Source: an uncultured delta proteobacterium
Lineage (GTDB): Bacteria; Myxococcota_A; Polyangia; Polyangiales; Polyangiaceae
Direction: 5' to 3'
NCBI GenBank assembly: GCA_963716725.1
Contig: CAVQUB010000021.1
Coordinates: 256,001 to 320,000, forward strand
DNA: 64,000 nt
Shown here: piece after piece, positions 1 through 10,540 of the stretch
How positions within the stretch are numbered: position 1 is the first letter of the stretch
Layout: every line of letters starts with the position of its first letter
Position numbers and translations under genes: made by a program
The notes under the pieces: model-generated
The model's input: only the letters and a program-made list of their open reading frames with translations
Told to the model about the DNA's origin: nothing
The model's database searches: none

Positions 1-43
1 GCCGAATTCGACGACCGGGCGCGCGGACGCCCGTATAGTCGGA

Positions 44-1063
44 GTGGTGACCGCGTTCGACCCCCCGCCATCGCGACCGATCGCCGATCTCCTATCCCAA
101 CGCGATGCAAAGTCGCCCCGAGCGCTGGCTCTGGCGCTGCAAGAGACGATCGACGCCCCCTTCTTCGCCGAGGAGTCGGGCGCCCTCTTCCCCATGCGTC
201 GCGTCGGGCTCGACGGTTCGACGCCGAACTTTCCGGGCGCGGTGGTCGTCGCCGACGGCTTGGTCGCGGACGGAGCGCGGAGCAGCGCCGCGCTGGTCGA
301 GCTCCATCGCGCAGAATTCTTGTCCACGCCGGTGATGCGCGTCGGGGGGCGAGACCAAACCGTGACGGACGTCCTGGCCGCCGCCGCAGGGAACTCGTCC
401 GACGACGAACGCCCCACGCCCGCGCTGAACGCCTGCTTGCGTGCCATCGCGGGCGTGGTGCTGCATGCCCTTCGACCCGTCGCGCCCTTGGCGTCCGAGA
501 TCGAGCCGCTCATCACGCGCCACACCGTGCCCGCCGGGGCGAGCCTCTTCGTGGCCCGCGACTCCGCGCTGAACACCCTCGGCATCGACGCTCCGCTCGA
601 TCGCGGTTTCACCTGGGCGGCCGCGGTGCGCTTCCTTCGCCCGCGGGCGTCACAGAGCGGCGTCGTCTACGAGGTCGGAGAAGTGCAGGGGGACTCCCTC
701 ATCTTCTCCGTGCGCGCATCGGCGGACGACAGCGTCCACTTTCTGTGCCGACTCCCCGGCGGTCCGGTGCTCGAAGTCGGGGCGCCCGTTGCCGGGCTCT
801 TCGATCGGTATGTGCGACTCGTGGCCGTCGTGCGCTTCGCACCTTACTCCCAGCTCCGCGTCTGGGCCGACGACGTGCTCGTCGGAAGAGCGCGCAGTGA
901 ACGCTCGAGCGCGGGACGTCTCGTCGGACGACAGACGATCGGGGCGGGCATCCTGGGCAAGCACCGTTCGGCGCTGTTCCTGCGCGAACTGATGCTGATC
1001 GGGAACCCCCTCGACGCTCGCGGTCGGAGCAAGGTCATGCTGCACCTCCAGCGGCACACCTAG
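44..1063 (+). CDS. hypothetical protein, C-terminal half resembles a LamG/concanavalin-A-like beta-sandwich
   Basis: 339-aa ORF. The C-terminus (FTWAAAVRF...LRVWADDVLVG...TIGAG...LRELMLIGNPL) has the LamG-like pattern. Start uncertain. Confidence 0.45.
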   Translation: MVTAFDPPPSRPIADLLSQRDAKSPRALALALQETIDAPFFAEESGALFPMRRVGLDGSTPNFPGAVVVADGLVADGARSSAALVELHRAEFLSTPVMRVGGRDQTVTDVLAAAAGNSSDDERPTPALNACLRAIAGVVLHALRPVAPLASEIEPLITRHTVPAGASLFVARDSALNTLGIDAPLDRGFTWAAAVRFLRPRASQSGVVYEVGEVQGDSLIFSVRASADDSVHFLCRLPGGPVLEVGAPVAGLFDRYVRLVAVVRFAPYSQLRVWADDVLVGRARSERSSAGRLVGRQTIGAGILGKHRSALFLRELMLIGNPLDARGRSKVMLHLQRHT

Positions 1064-1122
1064 GCAGTCCGCACCCCTGCTGGTTTCGACCGGCGGGTCG
1101 GGCTAATTTGCTGGCCGCGAGC

Positions 1123-1992
1123 ATGCTGGCTCAACCCGCATCGACCACCGCTCTGCCCATCCGTCCCGCCGCGGACATCGGGGCCTTTCTCGACTCGCCG
1201 GTCGATCGATTCGTCGCGCGTCGCTGCTTCTGCTTCTGGCAGCTGGGCACCGACACCAAGGGCCTCGTCGCCTGGGGAGCTCCCAGCGCCGAAGACGCGC
1301 GGGAAATGGTCCGGGCCTTCGGGACGGGAGAGCGCCCTGACGAGCCCCACGTGTCGTTGATCGACATGCGCTCCCTCCGAACCATCGACGTGGCGGCGTT
1401 CGAGATCATCATGCGATACATGGCCGAGCGGCAGGAGGTATTCTCCCGCACGGTTCGACGCCAGGCGCTGCTGCACGGGACCGGCGCGATAGGTGCGGCG
1501 GTCGCGGGCTTCTACTCGGTGGTGCAGCCCAGCTATCCCGTCGAGTCGCACTCGGACCTCGCCGAAGCCATCGCTTGGATCGCGCCCGCGAATCCGCACG
1601 CCGTGCACGCGATCGTGGTCGCCCTGCGCGCTCGGCACATCGACGCGCCTCCCGTGGTGTCTCGCCTGCGAGTTGCCCTGGAATCGAGCGCCGACCTGTT
1701 GACGCTCGCCGATGCGGCCCGGGCCCTGGGGACCAGTCGCCGCTCGCTCCAACGAGATCTCGACGCGGCGGGAAGCTCATTCCGCGAGGAGGTGGCCCTT
1801 CACCGACTGACACGCGCAGAACGCCTGCTCGCGGGCTCGAGTCTGCCGCTCAAGTCCATCGCGGCCGCCGTCGCCCTGGCGCCATCGCGACTGAACGCGT
1901 TGTTCCGCCATCACCACGGCGTCGGTCCGGCCGCGTGGCGCGCCCGGTTCGTGCGAGCCGCCTCGGAAAAGGACCCGGGCGACCCCGTCTGA
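1123..1992 (+). CDS. AraC-family transcriptional regulator
   Basis: C-terminal double HTH (LADAARALGTSRRSLQRDL...LKSIAAAV...LFRHHHGVGPAAWR). ATG at 1123 within ORF 1108..1992. Confidence 0.85.
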   Translation: MLAQPASTTALPIRPAADIGAFLDSPVDRFVARRCFCFWQLGTDTKGLVAWGAPSAEDAREMVRAFGTGERPDEPHVSLIDMRSLRTIDVAAFEIIMRYMAERQEVFSRTVRRQALLHGTGAIGAAVAGFYSVVQPSYPVESHSDLAEAIAWIAPANPHAVHAIVVALRARHIDAPPVVSRLRVALESSADLLTLADAARALGTSRRSLQRDLDAAGSSFREEVALHRLTRAERLLAGSSLPLKSIAAAVALAPSRLNALFRHHHGVGPAAWRARFVRAASEKDPGDPV

Positions 1993-2083
1993 AGGTCTGT
2001 CGAAGAATGGCGGAGCGCAAGCCGGCGGAGCCGGCCCACCCCGTCGGCCCGTCGGGTGTCACGCAGCGCGTCGCGTGGGGTGG

Positions 2084-2172
2084 GGCCCCAACGAATTCAC
2101 TTCGGTGGGGCGGGGAGGCGCGTGCCTCCCCGATGACAAAGTGAAAGAGCTGTCGAATTTTCGACAGCTCTT
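2084..2172. repeat. cluster of three palindromes (REP-like element / bidirectional terminator) between convergent genes
   Basis: GCCCCAaCGAA-ttcac-TTCGgTGGGGC (~2085-2111); CGGGGAGGC-gcgt-GCCTCCCCG (2111-2132); perfect AAGAGCTGTCGAA-tt-TTCGACAGCTCTT (2145-2172). Confidence 0.7.
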
Positions 2173-2182
2173 GAGTCCGCCC

Positions 2183-2998
2183 TCACTTCTTCTGGTAGAA
2201 CGTCTTGCAGTTCTCGCCGGTGCAGGCGAGATCCGTCAGCCAGATGCCGGGCTTGTCGCCCGCCAGGTCCAACGCATATTTGAAGTTCAGGACCTTGCCC
2301 GGGGCCGCTTTTGTGTAGCCGGTGCCACAGCCGCCGATCCATGCCACGGCGGTGACGCCCTCGGCGAGCGTGACGGTGAGCTCGTCGCCCTTCGCCGTGA
2401 CCGAGCCGGTCTTCCACTCGCTGTTGACCGACATCGAGCAGGACCCGACCGATGACTCCTTGTACTTCGTGTGGATCGCAGAGCCGCCTGCGGCGAAGGT
2501 GAAGTCCGAAACGTCGCTCCAGCCGGGTTGCACCCAGTAACCCACCAGCTCGGCCGAGATCGCGCCCGTGGGCACGCCGCCGTCGGGATTGGGCGTGCCG
2601 CCTCCCGTCGTGCTCGACTCGAGGCAAGTGACGAGCTCCGTTGGGCATTGGGCCTCGGTGCAGGTCACGTCTTCGCACTTCTTGTCGTCCATGCAGGTGA
2701 GCAGCGCGAGCAGCTGCGACTGAGCCGGAGCAGCGCCCGCCGAGTAGCAGGCGTCGGGGCAATTCGCGTCCGTCTCCGGGCAGTCGGCGATGCAGGACAA
2801 GAGGTCCATGCAAGTCGAGTAACCCACCGGGCCGCCCCCGCTGCCGCCGCTGCCGCCAGCCCCGCCCACGCTGCCGCCGGCGCCGCCACTGCCAGAGACG
2901 CCTGCGCTGCCGCCCGTCGCGGAATTGTCGTTCTTGGCCACGGTGCAGCCCAGCGCGAGGGCCAAGGCTGAAACTGAAATGAGGACGGTTCGCATCAC
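2183..2998 (-). CDS. Cys-rich lipoprotein with Gly-rich linker
   Basis: Lipobox LALGC, GGSG linker, Cys-rich helical segment, beta-rich C-terminal domain. Confidence 0.75.
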   Translation of the reverse strand: MMRTVLISVSALALALGCTVAKNDNSATGGSAGVSGSGGAGGSVGGAGGSGGSGGGPVGYSTCMDLLSCIADCPETDANCPDACYSAGAAPAQSQLLALLTCMDDKKCEDVTCTEAQCPTELVTCLESSTTGGGTPNPDGGVPTGAISAELVGYWVQPGWSDVSDFTFAAGGSAIHTKYKESSVGSCSMSVNSEWKTGSVTAKGDELTVTLAEGVTAVAWIGGCGTGYTKAAPGKVLNFKYALDLAGDKPGIWLTDLACTGENCKTFYQKK

Positions 2999-3099
2999 GG
3001 AAGCTTACGAACCAGCAACCCTCTGCATACCGTACGCATTGCGCCAAAGGGCAGACGTCTCACGCCAAGTGCGGGCCCGGCGGCCGTTTTCGGTCCGGC

Positions 3100-3930
3100 T
3101 CAGCGCAGCAGGCGCGGCAAAAGCCCGCGCCAATTCCTCGCCACCAGCTCCGAGGCCAGCGACGGAGCGGCGCGCTTCGCCGCGTCGATGAGGTGCGCTT
3201 CCCGCGTGATCAGCACCCGCGGCGAGTTCTTCTCGATGCCCCGCACGATGGCGTGAGCGACTTTGGCCGGCGGCATCAGTCGCTCGAACTTCCTCGCCGC
3301 CTGCGCACGGATGGCTTCGGCTTCGGCGCCACCGGAGCTGCGCGAAGCGACGACGATGTTGGTGGCGACGCCCCCCGGGTGAACCGAGGTGACGCCAATC
3401 CGCGTGTCCGAGAGCTCCGCGCGCAGGCTTTCGCTCAGGCCGGCGACCGCGAACTTGCTGGCGCAATAGGCCGAGTTCAGCGGCATGCCCATGATCCCGA
3501 ACACGCTGGAGATGTTCACGATGTGGGCTTCGTCCTGGCGACGCAGCAGCGGCAAGAACAGTTTGCAGCCGTGCACCACACCCCAGAAGTTGACGCCCAT
3601 GAGCCAGTGGAAGTCCTCGAGTGGCAGCTCTTCGAAGCTCGACGCGACGCCGACGCCGGCGTTGTTCACCACGATCTGCACGCTGCCGTGCGCACCCTCG
3701 ACGGCGCGGACCAGGTCTTCCATCCGCGAGCGGTCGGACACGTCGCAAGCGTGCACGCTGACTCGCCGCCCCATGCGCTCAATCTCGGCGCGGACCTCGG
3801 CGAGACCGCGGTCGTTCACGTCCACCAGCGCCAGGTGCGCCCCCTTCTCGGCGAGCCGCAGCGCCGTAGCTCGACCAATCCCGCTTGCCGCGCCGGTCAC
3901 GACGGCGACACGATCCCGAAGGCGTTTCAT
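3100..3930 (-). CDS. short-chain dehydrogenase/reductase (SDR)
   Basis: TGAASGIG, NNAG, NISS and YCASK motifs. Confidence 0.95.
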   Translation of the reverse strand: MKRLRDRVAVVTGAASGIGRATALRLAEKGAHLALVDVNDRGLAEVRAEIERMGRRVSVHACDVSDRSRMEDLVRAVEGAHGSVQIVVNNAGVGVASSFEELPLEDFHWLMGVNFWGVVHGCKLFLPLLRRQDEAHIVNISSVFGIMGMPLNSAYCASKFAVAGLSESLRAELSDTRIGVTSVHPGGVATNIVVASRSSGGAEAEAIRAQAARKFERLMPPAKVAHAIVRGIEKNSPRVLITREAHLIDAAKRAAPSLASELVARNWRGLLPRLLR

Positions 3931-3994
3931 GGACCGGTGCTAGCGCTAGGCGGTGCGGATTACCAGGTGTAGTCTCGCGCCGAGTCTTCCTTCG

Positions 3995-5260
3995 ATGCGG
4001 TCCCGAGCTCTCCTGCCTTTGTCACCTCTGCTGTTCGCCTTCGGGGTGGCGTTCGGCGCCGAGGGCAGCGCCGCGGCGCAAGCAGCAGAAGACGTCGCGC
4101 GCCTGCCGACCGTCACGCGGTCGAGCTTCATTCGACTCCGGGTGGTCAGCGGCCTGGAAACCGCCCGCGCCATCGCCGGAATGCTGCCCCCGCTCGGCGG
4201 ACGCGTGCTGCGTTCCAGCGAGGCCGAGACCGCGGCCGAGGTGCCCACGGCCCGCTATCGGGATTTCGTCGCAGAACTGCGGCGCCTCGGTGAGCTCCAA
4301 AAGGAGCAGGTCTCCTCCAAGGATGTCAGCGCAGCGCTTGCCGATGCGGAGTCGGAAGCACGGGCCGCCCGCGCTGCTTTCGAGCGGCGCCGCCAGATGG
4401 CGCGGGTCGCTACCGGCGTGAACGACAAGCTGGCGCTGGAACGCGAGCTCTCGAGCGCTTCGAGCCGGGCCCTGCTCGCGGAAGGTCGCGTGCGTGAGCT
4501 GCAGTCCAGTGGCGAGGCCGTGAACGTCACCGTCAGCTTCGAGACAGAAGCCAAGGAGCCCATCGAAGCGTCGCAGCTCCCCTTCCCCTGGCTCGACGAT
4601 CTCGGGCTCGAGCGCCTGGCAAATCCGCCGTCGCAGCGCTCCGATCAGTCGCGAGCGCTTCGCTCGCTCACTGACTTCGGCTTGACGCTGAACACGGCCT
4701 ACGTGCCCCGCGCCGAAGCGCTGGATGGCACCAAGCTCGCCGTCGCCCTCGGATTCGACCTGCGATCGCTGGGCGAGGCCAACCCCATCGGTCTGTTCGG
4801 CGGCTTCGATCTCGCGGCGGGCGCCAGCGCTGGCTTCGTCTACGGCAGCCACTTCGTGCTCGGCGCCGGCATGCCCCTCGGAAAGCGCTTTGCGTTTGGC
4901 GTGGGAGCGGGCGGCGGCATCGACGGCATCACCTCGGTGGTGCCCATCGGGCTCGTGGTCCCCGTCGAAGTCTGGGTCGGCTGGGATCTCGCGGACTTCA
5001 TGCACCTGAGCTTGCGCGCGCAGAACGCCTGGGTCCCAGCCTCCGACGAGCGAAGGCACGGCTCGGAGCGCGCGCTCTTCGGGGACGAGCTCTCCGCCGG
5101 GCTGCACGTCGTGATCGACGAGCGCAGCGACTGGGGCAGCTCGCAGCGTCGCGGCGGGCTGCTGGTGGGCGCGGGTTATCGCGAGCTGATGGGGACGAGC
5201 GTGGTCGAGCTACGACTCGGAATTGGCGGGGTTAATTCAGGTTTTTCAGGCGATTATTGA
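3995..5260 (+). CDS. exported DUF4349-like protein with C-terminal beta-barrel-like region
   Basis: Signal peptide. The EVPTARYRDFVAELRRLG...SSKDVS + coiled-coil pattern is typical of DUF4349. Amphipathic beta-strands at the C-terminus. Confidence 0.55.
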   Translation: MRSRALLPLSPLLFAFGVAFGAEGSAAAQAAEDVARLPTVTRSSFIRLRVVSGLETARAIAGMLPPLGGRVLRSSEAETAAEVPTARYRDFVAELRRLGELQKEQVSSKDVSAALADAESEARAARAAFERRRQMARVATGVNDKLALERELSSASSRALLAEGRVRELQSSGEAVNVTVSFETEAKEPIEASQLPFPWLDDLGLERLANPPSQRSDQSRALRSLTDFGLTLNTAYVPRAEALDGTKLAVALGFDLRSLGEANPIGLFGGFDLAAGASAGFVYGSHFVLGAGMPLGKRFAFGVGAGGGIDGITSVVPIGLVVPVEVWVGWDLADFMHLSLRAQNAWVPASDERRHGSERALFGDELSAGLHVVIDERSDWGSSQRRGGLLVGAGYRELMGTSVVELRLGIGGVNSGFSGDY

Positions 5261-5370
5261 GTGCCACTTGCTAACATCGACACTCTGCGTCAACCTTCTT
5301 GACGACGCGGTGCGGCACGGGCCGTCCGACCGTCAGCACGGGTCCGAGCAGGGGGGAGGAGCAACCAGCC

Positions 5371-7212
5371 ATGTCCCTTCCCCAGAACCGCTACAAGGCC
5401 GACCTTCGTGAGATCCAGTTCGTGTTGTTCGAGCAGTTCGGCCTCGGCGACCTGCTTGGACGCGAGCCGTACGAGGACTGGGGCGAAGACGAAGTCAGGC
5501 TGACGCTGAGCGAGGTCTACCGCTTTGCGACGGAGGTGACTGGACCGCTCAACTCCGTCGGAGACAGCGAAGGCTGCCGGATCGAAGACGGCCAGGTGAT
5601 CACGCCGACGGGATTCAAAGACGCTTGGAAGAAGATCTACGAGAGCGGGTTCAAGAGCCTGATCGTGCCAGCCGAGTACGGTGGACAGGGCGCGCCGCGG
5701 GTGCTCTCCGCCATCACGATCGAGCTCACTAGCGGGTCGAACACCGCCTTCGACATGTACCCGGGTCTGACCATCGGCGCTGCGGATCTAATCGAAGCCT
5801 TCGGCACTCCCGAGCAACGCGAACGCTACTGCCACAAGATGTTCTCCGGCGAGTGGGCCGGCACCATGTGCCTGACCGAGCCCCAAGCCGGCTCGGACGT
5901 CGGCGCCGCGTCCACCTTCGCCAAGAAGAACGCCGACGGCACTTACGACATCACCGGCACGAAGCTCTTCATCAGCGGCGGCGACCACGACCTGACCGAG
6001 AACATCATCCACATGGTGCTGGCGCGCACCGAGGGCGCGCCCAAGGGCACCAAGGGTCTGTCGCTGTTCATCGTGTCCAAGCGGCGCATCGAGGCCGACG
6101 GCACGTCCGGCGAGTCCAACGACGTCAAGTGCGCGTCGATCGAGCACAAGATGGGCATCAACGGCTCGTCCACCGCGCTCCTGCAGTTCGGCGACGACGG
6201 CACGTGCATCGGCGAGCTGTGCGGCACCGACGAGCAGCAGGGCATCCGACAGATGTTCAAGATGATGAACTACGCGCGCATCGGCGTCGGTCTGCAGGGG
6301 CTGGGCATCGCCTCCGCGGCCTATTTCTCAGCCTTGGACTACGCCAAGGAGCGCAAGCAGGGCGCGAGCGCTGCGACCTGGAAGGATCCCGACGCGCCGC
6401 GAGTTCCCATCATCGAGCACGCCAACGTGCGCCGCATGCTGCTCTGGATGAAGGCGCACGTCGAGGGCGTGCGCGCGCTGATCGTCAAGGGCGCGATGCA
6501 CCTCGATCAGGCGGCCATGCTCGCGGGCAAAGACGACGAGCAGGCCCTTTACCACCAAGGCCAGGTCGAGTTGCTCACGCCGCTGATCAAGGCTTACTCG
6601 TCGGACACGGCGTTCCGCGTCGCCGAGATCGCGATTCAGGTGCACGGTGGCGTCGGCTACACCTGCGACTATCCGGTCGAGCAGCACGCTCGCGACGCCA
6701 AGATCTTCAGCATCTACGAGGGCACCAACGGAATTCAGGCTCTCGACTTGGTCGCGCGCAAGCTGGGCCAAGCCGGAGGCGTGAACACCCAACGCTTCCT
6801 CGGCGACATCGCCACGTTCGTCGACAAGCACCGCGAACACCCCGCGCTCGGCCCCAGCATCGCGCAACTGGCCTTGGCCCAAGAAGCCGTGGCGAGCTCG
6901 GTCATGCAGTTGCTTGGCTGGTTCCAGGCGGGCGAGGTCGCGCGCGTCCCGCTGGTCGCCAATCGGTTCTTGGGCATGATGAGCGAGCTCACGGTGGGGT
7001 GGCTGCTGCTCGACGCGGCGGTCATCGCCCTCGAAAAGCAGAAAGGCCTCGCCGAGAGCGACCGCGATCACGCCTTTTACGAAGGCAAGCGCCACGCGGC
7101 GAACTTCTTCGCCCAGCAGGTGCTGCCCGGGGTGGTGGGCTCCGCCAAGATGCTCGCTGGCGGTGACACCAGTGCGCTCGACATCCCCGACGCTGCGTTC
7201 GCCAGCGTATAG
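5371..7212 (+). CDS. acyl-CoA dehydrogenase (long-chain/FadE-like, ~600-aa type)
   Basis: GTMCLTEPQAGSD, GTKLFISGG, EHKMGING, QVHGGVGY and IYEGTNGIQ motifs; GGAGGA RBS before ATG 5371. Confidence 0.95.
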   Translation: MSLPQNRYKADLREIQFVLFEQFGLGDLLGREPYEDWGEDEVRLTLSEVYRFATEVTGPLNSVGDSEGCRIEDGQVITPTGFKDAWKKIYESGFKSLIVPAEYGGQGAPRVLSAITIELTSGSNTAFDMYPGLTIGAADLIEAFGTPEQRERYCHKMFSGEWAGTMCLTEPQAGSDVGAASTFAKKNADGTYDITGTKLFISGGDHDLTENIIHMVLARTEGAPKGTKGLSLFIVSKRRIEADGTSGESNDVKCASIEHKMGINGSSTALLQFGDDGTCIGELCGTDEQQGIRQMFKMMNYARIGVGLQGLGIASAAYFSALDYAKERKQGASAATWKDPDAPRVPIIEHANVRRMLLWMKAHVEGVRALIVKGAMHLDQAAMLAGKDDEQALYHQGQVELLTPLIKAYSSDTAFRVAEIAIQVHGGVGYTCDYPVEQHARDAKIFSIYEGTNGIQALDLVARKLGQAGGVNTQRFLGDIATFVDKHREHPALGPSIAQLALAQEAVASSVMQLLGWFQAGEVARVPLVANRFLGMMSELTVGWLLLDAAVIALEKQKGLAESDRDHAFYEGKRHAANFFAQQVLPGVVGSAKMLAGGDTSALDIPDAAFASV

Positions 7213-7223
7213 TCGCGGGGGCG

Positions 7224-8051
7224 ATGGCGGCCCGTCGCCAGGCGACACGCAGCATGACTCCCCCGAAGCTCGAACTCGACTGGAGAGGCGATACGCCAGA
7301 CGGCGCGCAGTCCCTCGAGGGTGCCCCGGAAGTCGAGATGCTCGCCGGCAAGGGCCCACCGGGAGATCCCCGCTACATGAGCGCCGAGCTGCGCTCCGAG
7401 CTCTGCGCCATCCTCGAAGGTAGCTGGCTCTCCGTGAGGCAGCAGTTCGAGCGCCTGCAGATGTGGATCGGGTGGGACCAGCCCAACCAGTACGTGGTGC
7501 GCGGATCGGACACGCGGGTGGTGCTCTACGCCGGGGAAGAGCGAGGGATTTGGTCGAACCTTGCGCGCAACTTCAACCCCTTTCACCAGCGCCACATCGA
7601 GTGCCTCACGCTGAATGGCACCCGCGCCATGACCATCGACTTCCCGTTCCGCTTCTTGCTCCGTCGTGGCGAAGTCCAGGCGTGGGATGGCCGTCCCATG
7701 GGGTACCTCCAGGAGCGCTTCCACCTGCTCCGCACCATCTTGGAGGTTCAGTCTCCGAGTGGGGCCACCCAGCTTGTCATTCGCGGGCCCTGGCTCAAGC
7801 TGTTTTCGTTCTCGGACTGGGTCTTCGATGTGACGCAGGGTGAGCGCGTCGTCGCCCGCATCAAGAAGCACTGGAGCGGCTGGCTGCGCGAGTCGCTGGG
7901 CACGTCCGACAACTTCTCGATCGAGTTCGAGCCGCAGTTGGTCGATCCGCGTCTGCGTCAGCTCTTGGTCGCCGCGGCGCTGACGCTCGACCTCGTGCGG
8001 TTCGAGCAGCGCGGCAACCCCGGCACCGCCATGCGTCTCTTGGGCGGTTGA
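7224..8051 (+). CDS. phospholipid scramblase / LURP-one (Tubby-like) family protein
   Basis: NQYVVRG...LYAGEE, RPMGYLQERF, ARIKKHWSGWLRE...SDNFSIEF...LLVAAALTLD pattern. Start may be 7254 or later. Confidence 0.75.
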   Translation: MAARRQATRSMTPPKLELDWRGDTPDGAQSLEGAPEVEMLAGKGPPGDPRYMSAELRSELCAILEGSWLSVRQQFERLQMWIGWDQPNQYVVRGSDTRVVLYAGEERGIWSNLARNFNPFHQRHIECLTLNGTRAMTIDFPFRFLLRRGEVQAWDGRPMGYLQERFHLLRTILEVQSPSGATQLVIRGPWLKLFSFSDWVFDVTQGERVVARIKKHWSGWLRESLGTSDNFSIEFEPQLVDPRLRQLLVAAALTLDLVRFEQRGNPGTAMRLLGG

Positions 8052-8106
8052 GGGTTGCGGCGAGGTTCGTCGCGAGGGCCCGTGCGACCTGCTAGAGTCG
8101 CGGGCG

Positions 8107-9312
8107 ATGCGGATTGGGCGTACCTGGATCGCGCTTGCCGCCGGGGTGGTGCTCAGCGTCGGCGGTGCGCTTGCCTATCGAGCTGCGCGAAAAGCTCCCG
8201 AGTCGGTCGAGGTCCGCCCTCGCGAGCTCCGCCAGACCGTTGTGAGTAGCGGGCAGGTGATGCCCCCTGCGGAGGTTCGCCTCGAGAGCCTGACGACGAG
8301 CACCGTCGTCGAGATCGCCAAGCGCGAGGGCGACCTGGTGAAGGCCGGAGAACTCCTGATCCGGTTCGACGACAGCGACGCCGACGCCGCTGTCCAGCAG
8401 GGCGAGGCCGCGGTGGCGCAAGCGCGCGCGGGAAAGAGCTCGATCAAGGTCACGACTCTGCCGCAGGCGGCCGAGACTCTGAACCAGATCCGCGCAAACC
8501 TGAGCGTCGCACGGGTTGAGTTGAAGCGGCAGAAGACGCTCTTCGAGAGCGGCGTCACCACGGCCTCGGCCCTCGAGTCCGCGCAGAACGCCGTCCGCAT
8601 CTACGAGAGCCAGGAGAAGGCTGCCGACCTGCAGGTCAAGGCAGCGTCGAAGGGTGGGTCCAGCAACCTGAGCGCATCGACCGCCGTCGCCGTCGCCGCC
8701 GCACAGCTCGCCGCCTCCAAGGTATCCAAGGACAGGACGCGCATCGTCGCGCCGATGGACGGCGTCATCACCTCGCGCTCAGTCGAGATCGGCGAGGCAG
8801 TGCGGCCCGGAACGGAGCTCTTGGTGTTGACCGCGAGCGGTCGGACGCGCGTGCTGCTCGAGCCCGACGAGCGTAACCTCGCCCTACTCGAGAAGGGGCA
8901 GCACGCAGTGGTCTCTGCCGAGGCGTATCCGAGCCAGACGTTTGACGCGACGTTGAGCTACATCGCGCCCGCCGTGAACAGCGACCGCGGCACGATCGAG
9001 GTTCGCCTAGACGTGCCCAAACCGCCGGCCTACCTCCGGCCAAACATGACCGTGTCTGTCGAGCTGCAGATCCAGACGCGGCGGAGTGCGCTCGCTCTGC
9101 CCCTCACCACCGTGCAAGATCTGGGCAGCACGCGACCGTGGGTCGGCGTGCTCGACGATCGCGGCAAGGTCTCGCGCCGGGCCGTACAGCTTGGCCTGCG
9201 CGGCGACGAACTGGTCGAGATCACGTCGGGCCTCAGCCAGGGCGAGCGCGTCGTCTACGAACCCACCGTACCCAAGGGCGAGCCGCTGCCCGCTCCGCAG
9301 ATGGGGAAATGA
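8107..9312 (+). CDS. MacA-like periplasmic adaptor (membrane fusion protein)
   Basis: N-terminal TM, lipoyl half-motifs (REGDLVKAGELL; IVAPMDGVI), long alpha-hairpin, C-terminal LGLRGDELVEITSGL. Confidence 0.9.
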   Translation: MRIGRTWIALAAGVVLSVGGALAYRAARKAPESVEVRPRELRQTVVSSGQVMPPAEVRLESLTTSTVVEIAKREGDLVKAGELLIRFDDSDADAAVQQGEAAVAQARAGKSSIKVTTLPQAAETLNQIRANLSVARVELKRQKTLFESGVTTASALESAQNAVRIYESQEKAADLQVKAASKGGSSNLSASTAVAVAAAQLAASKVSKDRTRIVAPMDGVITSRSVEIGEAVRPGTELLVLTASGRTRVLLEPDERNLALLEKGQHAVVSAEAYPSQTFDATLSYIAPAVNSDRGTIEVRLDVPKPPAYLRPNMTVSVELQIQTRRSALALPLTTVQDLGSTRPWVGVLDDRGKVSRRAVQLGLRGDELVEITSGLSQGERVVYEPTVPKGEPLPAPQMGK

Positions 9313-9313
9313 A

Positions 9314-10540
9314 GTGCCGCTCGGGTGGTTCGTCGCACTCCGATTCATGTGGGAACAGCGCTCTCAGAATGCGCTGATGGTCACGGGCGTTGGGGTCGGC
9401 GTCGGCGTCCTCGTGTTCATCTCCGCCTTGATCGGCGGCCTCCAGACCTCGCTCATCGATCGCACGACCGGGACTCAGGCGCACGTCGTCGTGACGGCGC
9501 TCGAGCTCGAGGGGCGGCCGGTTCTCGAGGCTGATCCAGCGGACTCTGTCGCGTACTTGCGCCGCGTCGAGCGCCCGATCCAACGCATTCGGTCGATTCC
9601 GGATTTCCGGAAGCACGAGCGAAACATCGCCACGGTGAGCGGCGTGACCGCAACCGCGCCGGTCGCGACGGGACCGGCCCTGGCCATGCGGGGCGCGACC
9701 GAGCGGTCGGTCGTGGTGATGGGAGCCGACGCTGAGCGGCTCGAGAACGTGATTGCGATCCGCCAGAATGTCGTCAAGGGAAGCTACGGCGTGAACGGCA
9801 CCGACGTGGTGCTCGGCGTCGATCTCGCCACCGACCTCGGCGTCGGGCTCGGCGACCGAGTGCGGTTGCGTACCGCGCGCGGCGAGGGTCAGCTGTTCAT
9901 CGTCCGCGGCCTGGTCGACATGGGCAATCAGGGCCTGAACAAGAGCTGGGCACTCATGAGCCTCCGCAATGCCCAAACCCTGCTCGAGCTCGGCGGGGCG
10001 TCGACGTCGATCTACGTGCGCGTTCGAGATCTCTATGCAGCCGACGCCGCCGCGCAGCGCATCGGGCGTGTTACGGGGCTCACCTCGCGGAGCTGGATGG
10101 AGAGCAACGCCCAGCTCTTGACGGCGCTCGAGTCGCAGAGCGCCTCGACCACCATGATCCGATTCTTCGTGGTCGTGAGTGTGGCCATCGGCATCGCCAG
10201 CGTGCTCGTCGTCTCGGTCATCCAGCGCTCGCGAGAGATCGGGATTCTCCGGGCCATGGGCACGTCACGAGGCGGCATCCTGCGCATTTTCCTGATCCAA
10301 GGAGCAATCGTGGGGCTCCTGGGCAGCGCCGTCGGCTGCGGCATGGGCGCCGGTCTGTCCGTCGGCTTCCAGGCTGCGGTCCGCAACGCAGACGGCTCTC
10401 CCCTCTTTCCGTTCACCCTCACCGCCGAGCTCTTCCTGACTTCGGCCGCGGTTGCCACATTCGCCGGGGTCCTCGCGGCAATCGTGCCCGCCCGTCGGGC
10501 AGCGCGCCTCGATCCAGCGGAGGCGATCCGCTATGGTTGA
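9314..10540 (+). CDS. ABC transporter permease, MacB/LolC/FtsX family
   Basis: GTG start 1 nt after the adaptor stop; TM1, periplasmic domain, [25 protein letters not shown]. Confidence 0.92.
   Translation: MPLGWFVALRFMWEQRSQNALMVTGVGVGVGVLVFISALIGGLQTSLIDRTTGTQAHVVVTALELEGRPVLEADPADSVAYLRRVERPIQRIRSIPDFRKHERNIATVSGVTATAPVATGPALAMRGATERSVVVMGADAERLENVIAIRQNVVKGSYGVNGTDVVLGVDLATDLGVGLGDRVRLRTARGEGQLFIVRGLVDMGNQGLNKSWALMSLRNAQTLLELGGASTSIYVRVRDLYAADAAAQRIGRVTGLTSRSWMESNAQLLTALESQSASTTMIRFFVVVSVAIGIASVLVVSVIQRSREIGILRAMGTSRGGILRIFLIQGAIVGLLGSAVGCGMGAGLSVGFQAAVRNADGSPLFPFTLTAELFLTSAAVATFAGVLAAIVPARRAARLDPAEAIRYG

Noticed and set aside
5288..5304. CGTCAA-N5-TTGACG palindrome upstream of the acyl-CoA dehydrogenase
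   Set aside because: Possible operator, but 6-bp arms alone are too weak to support a call.
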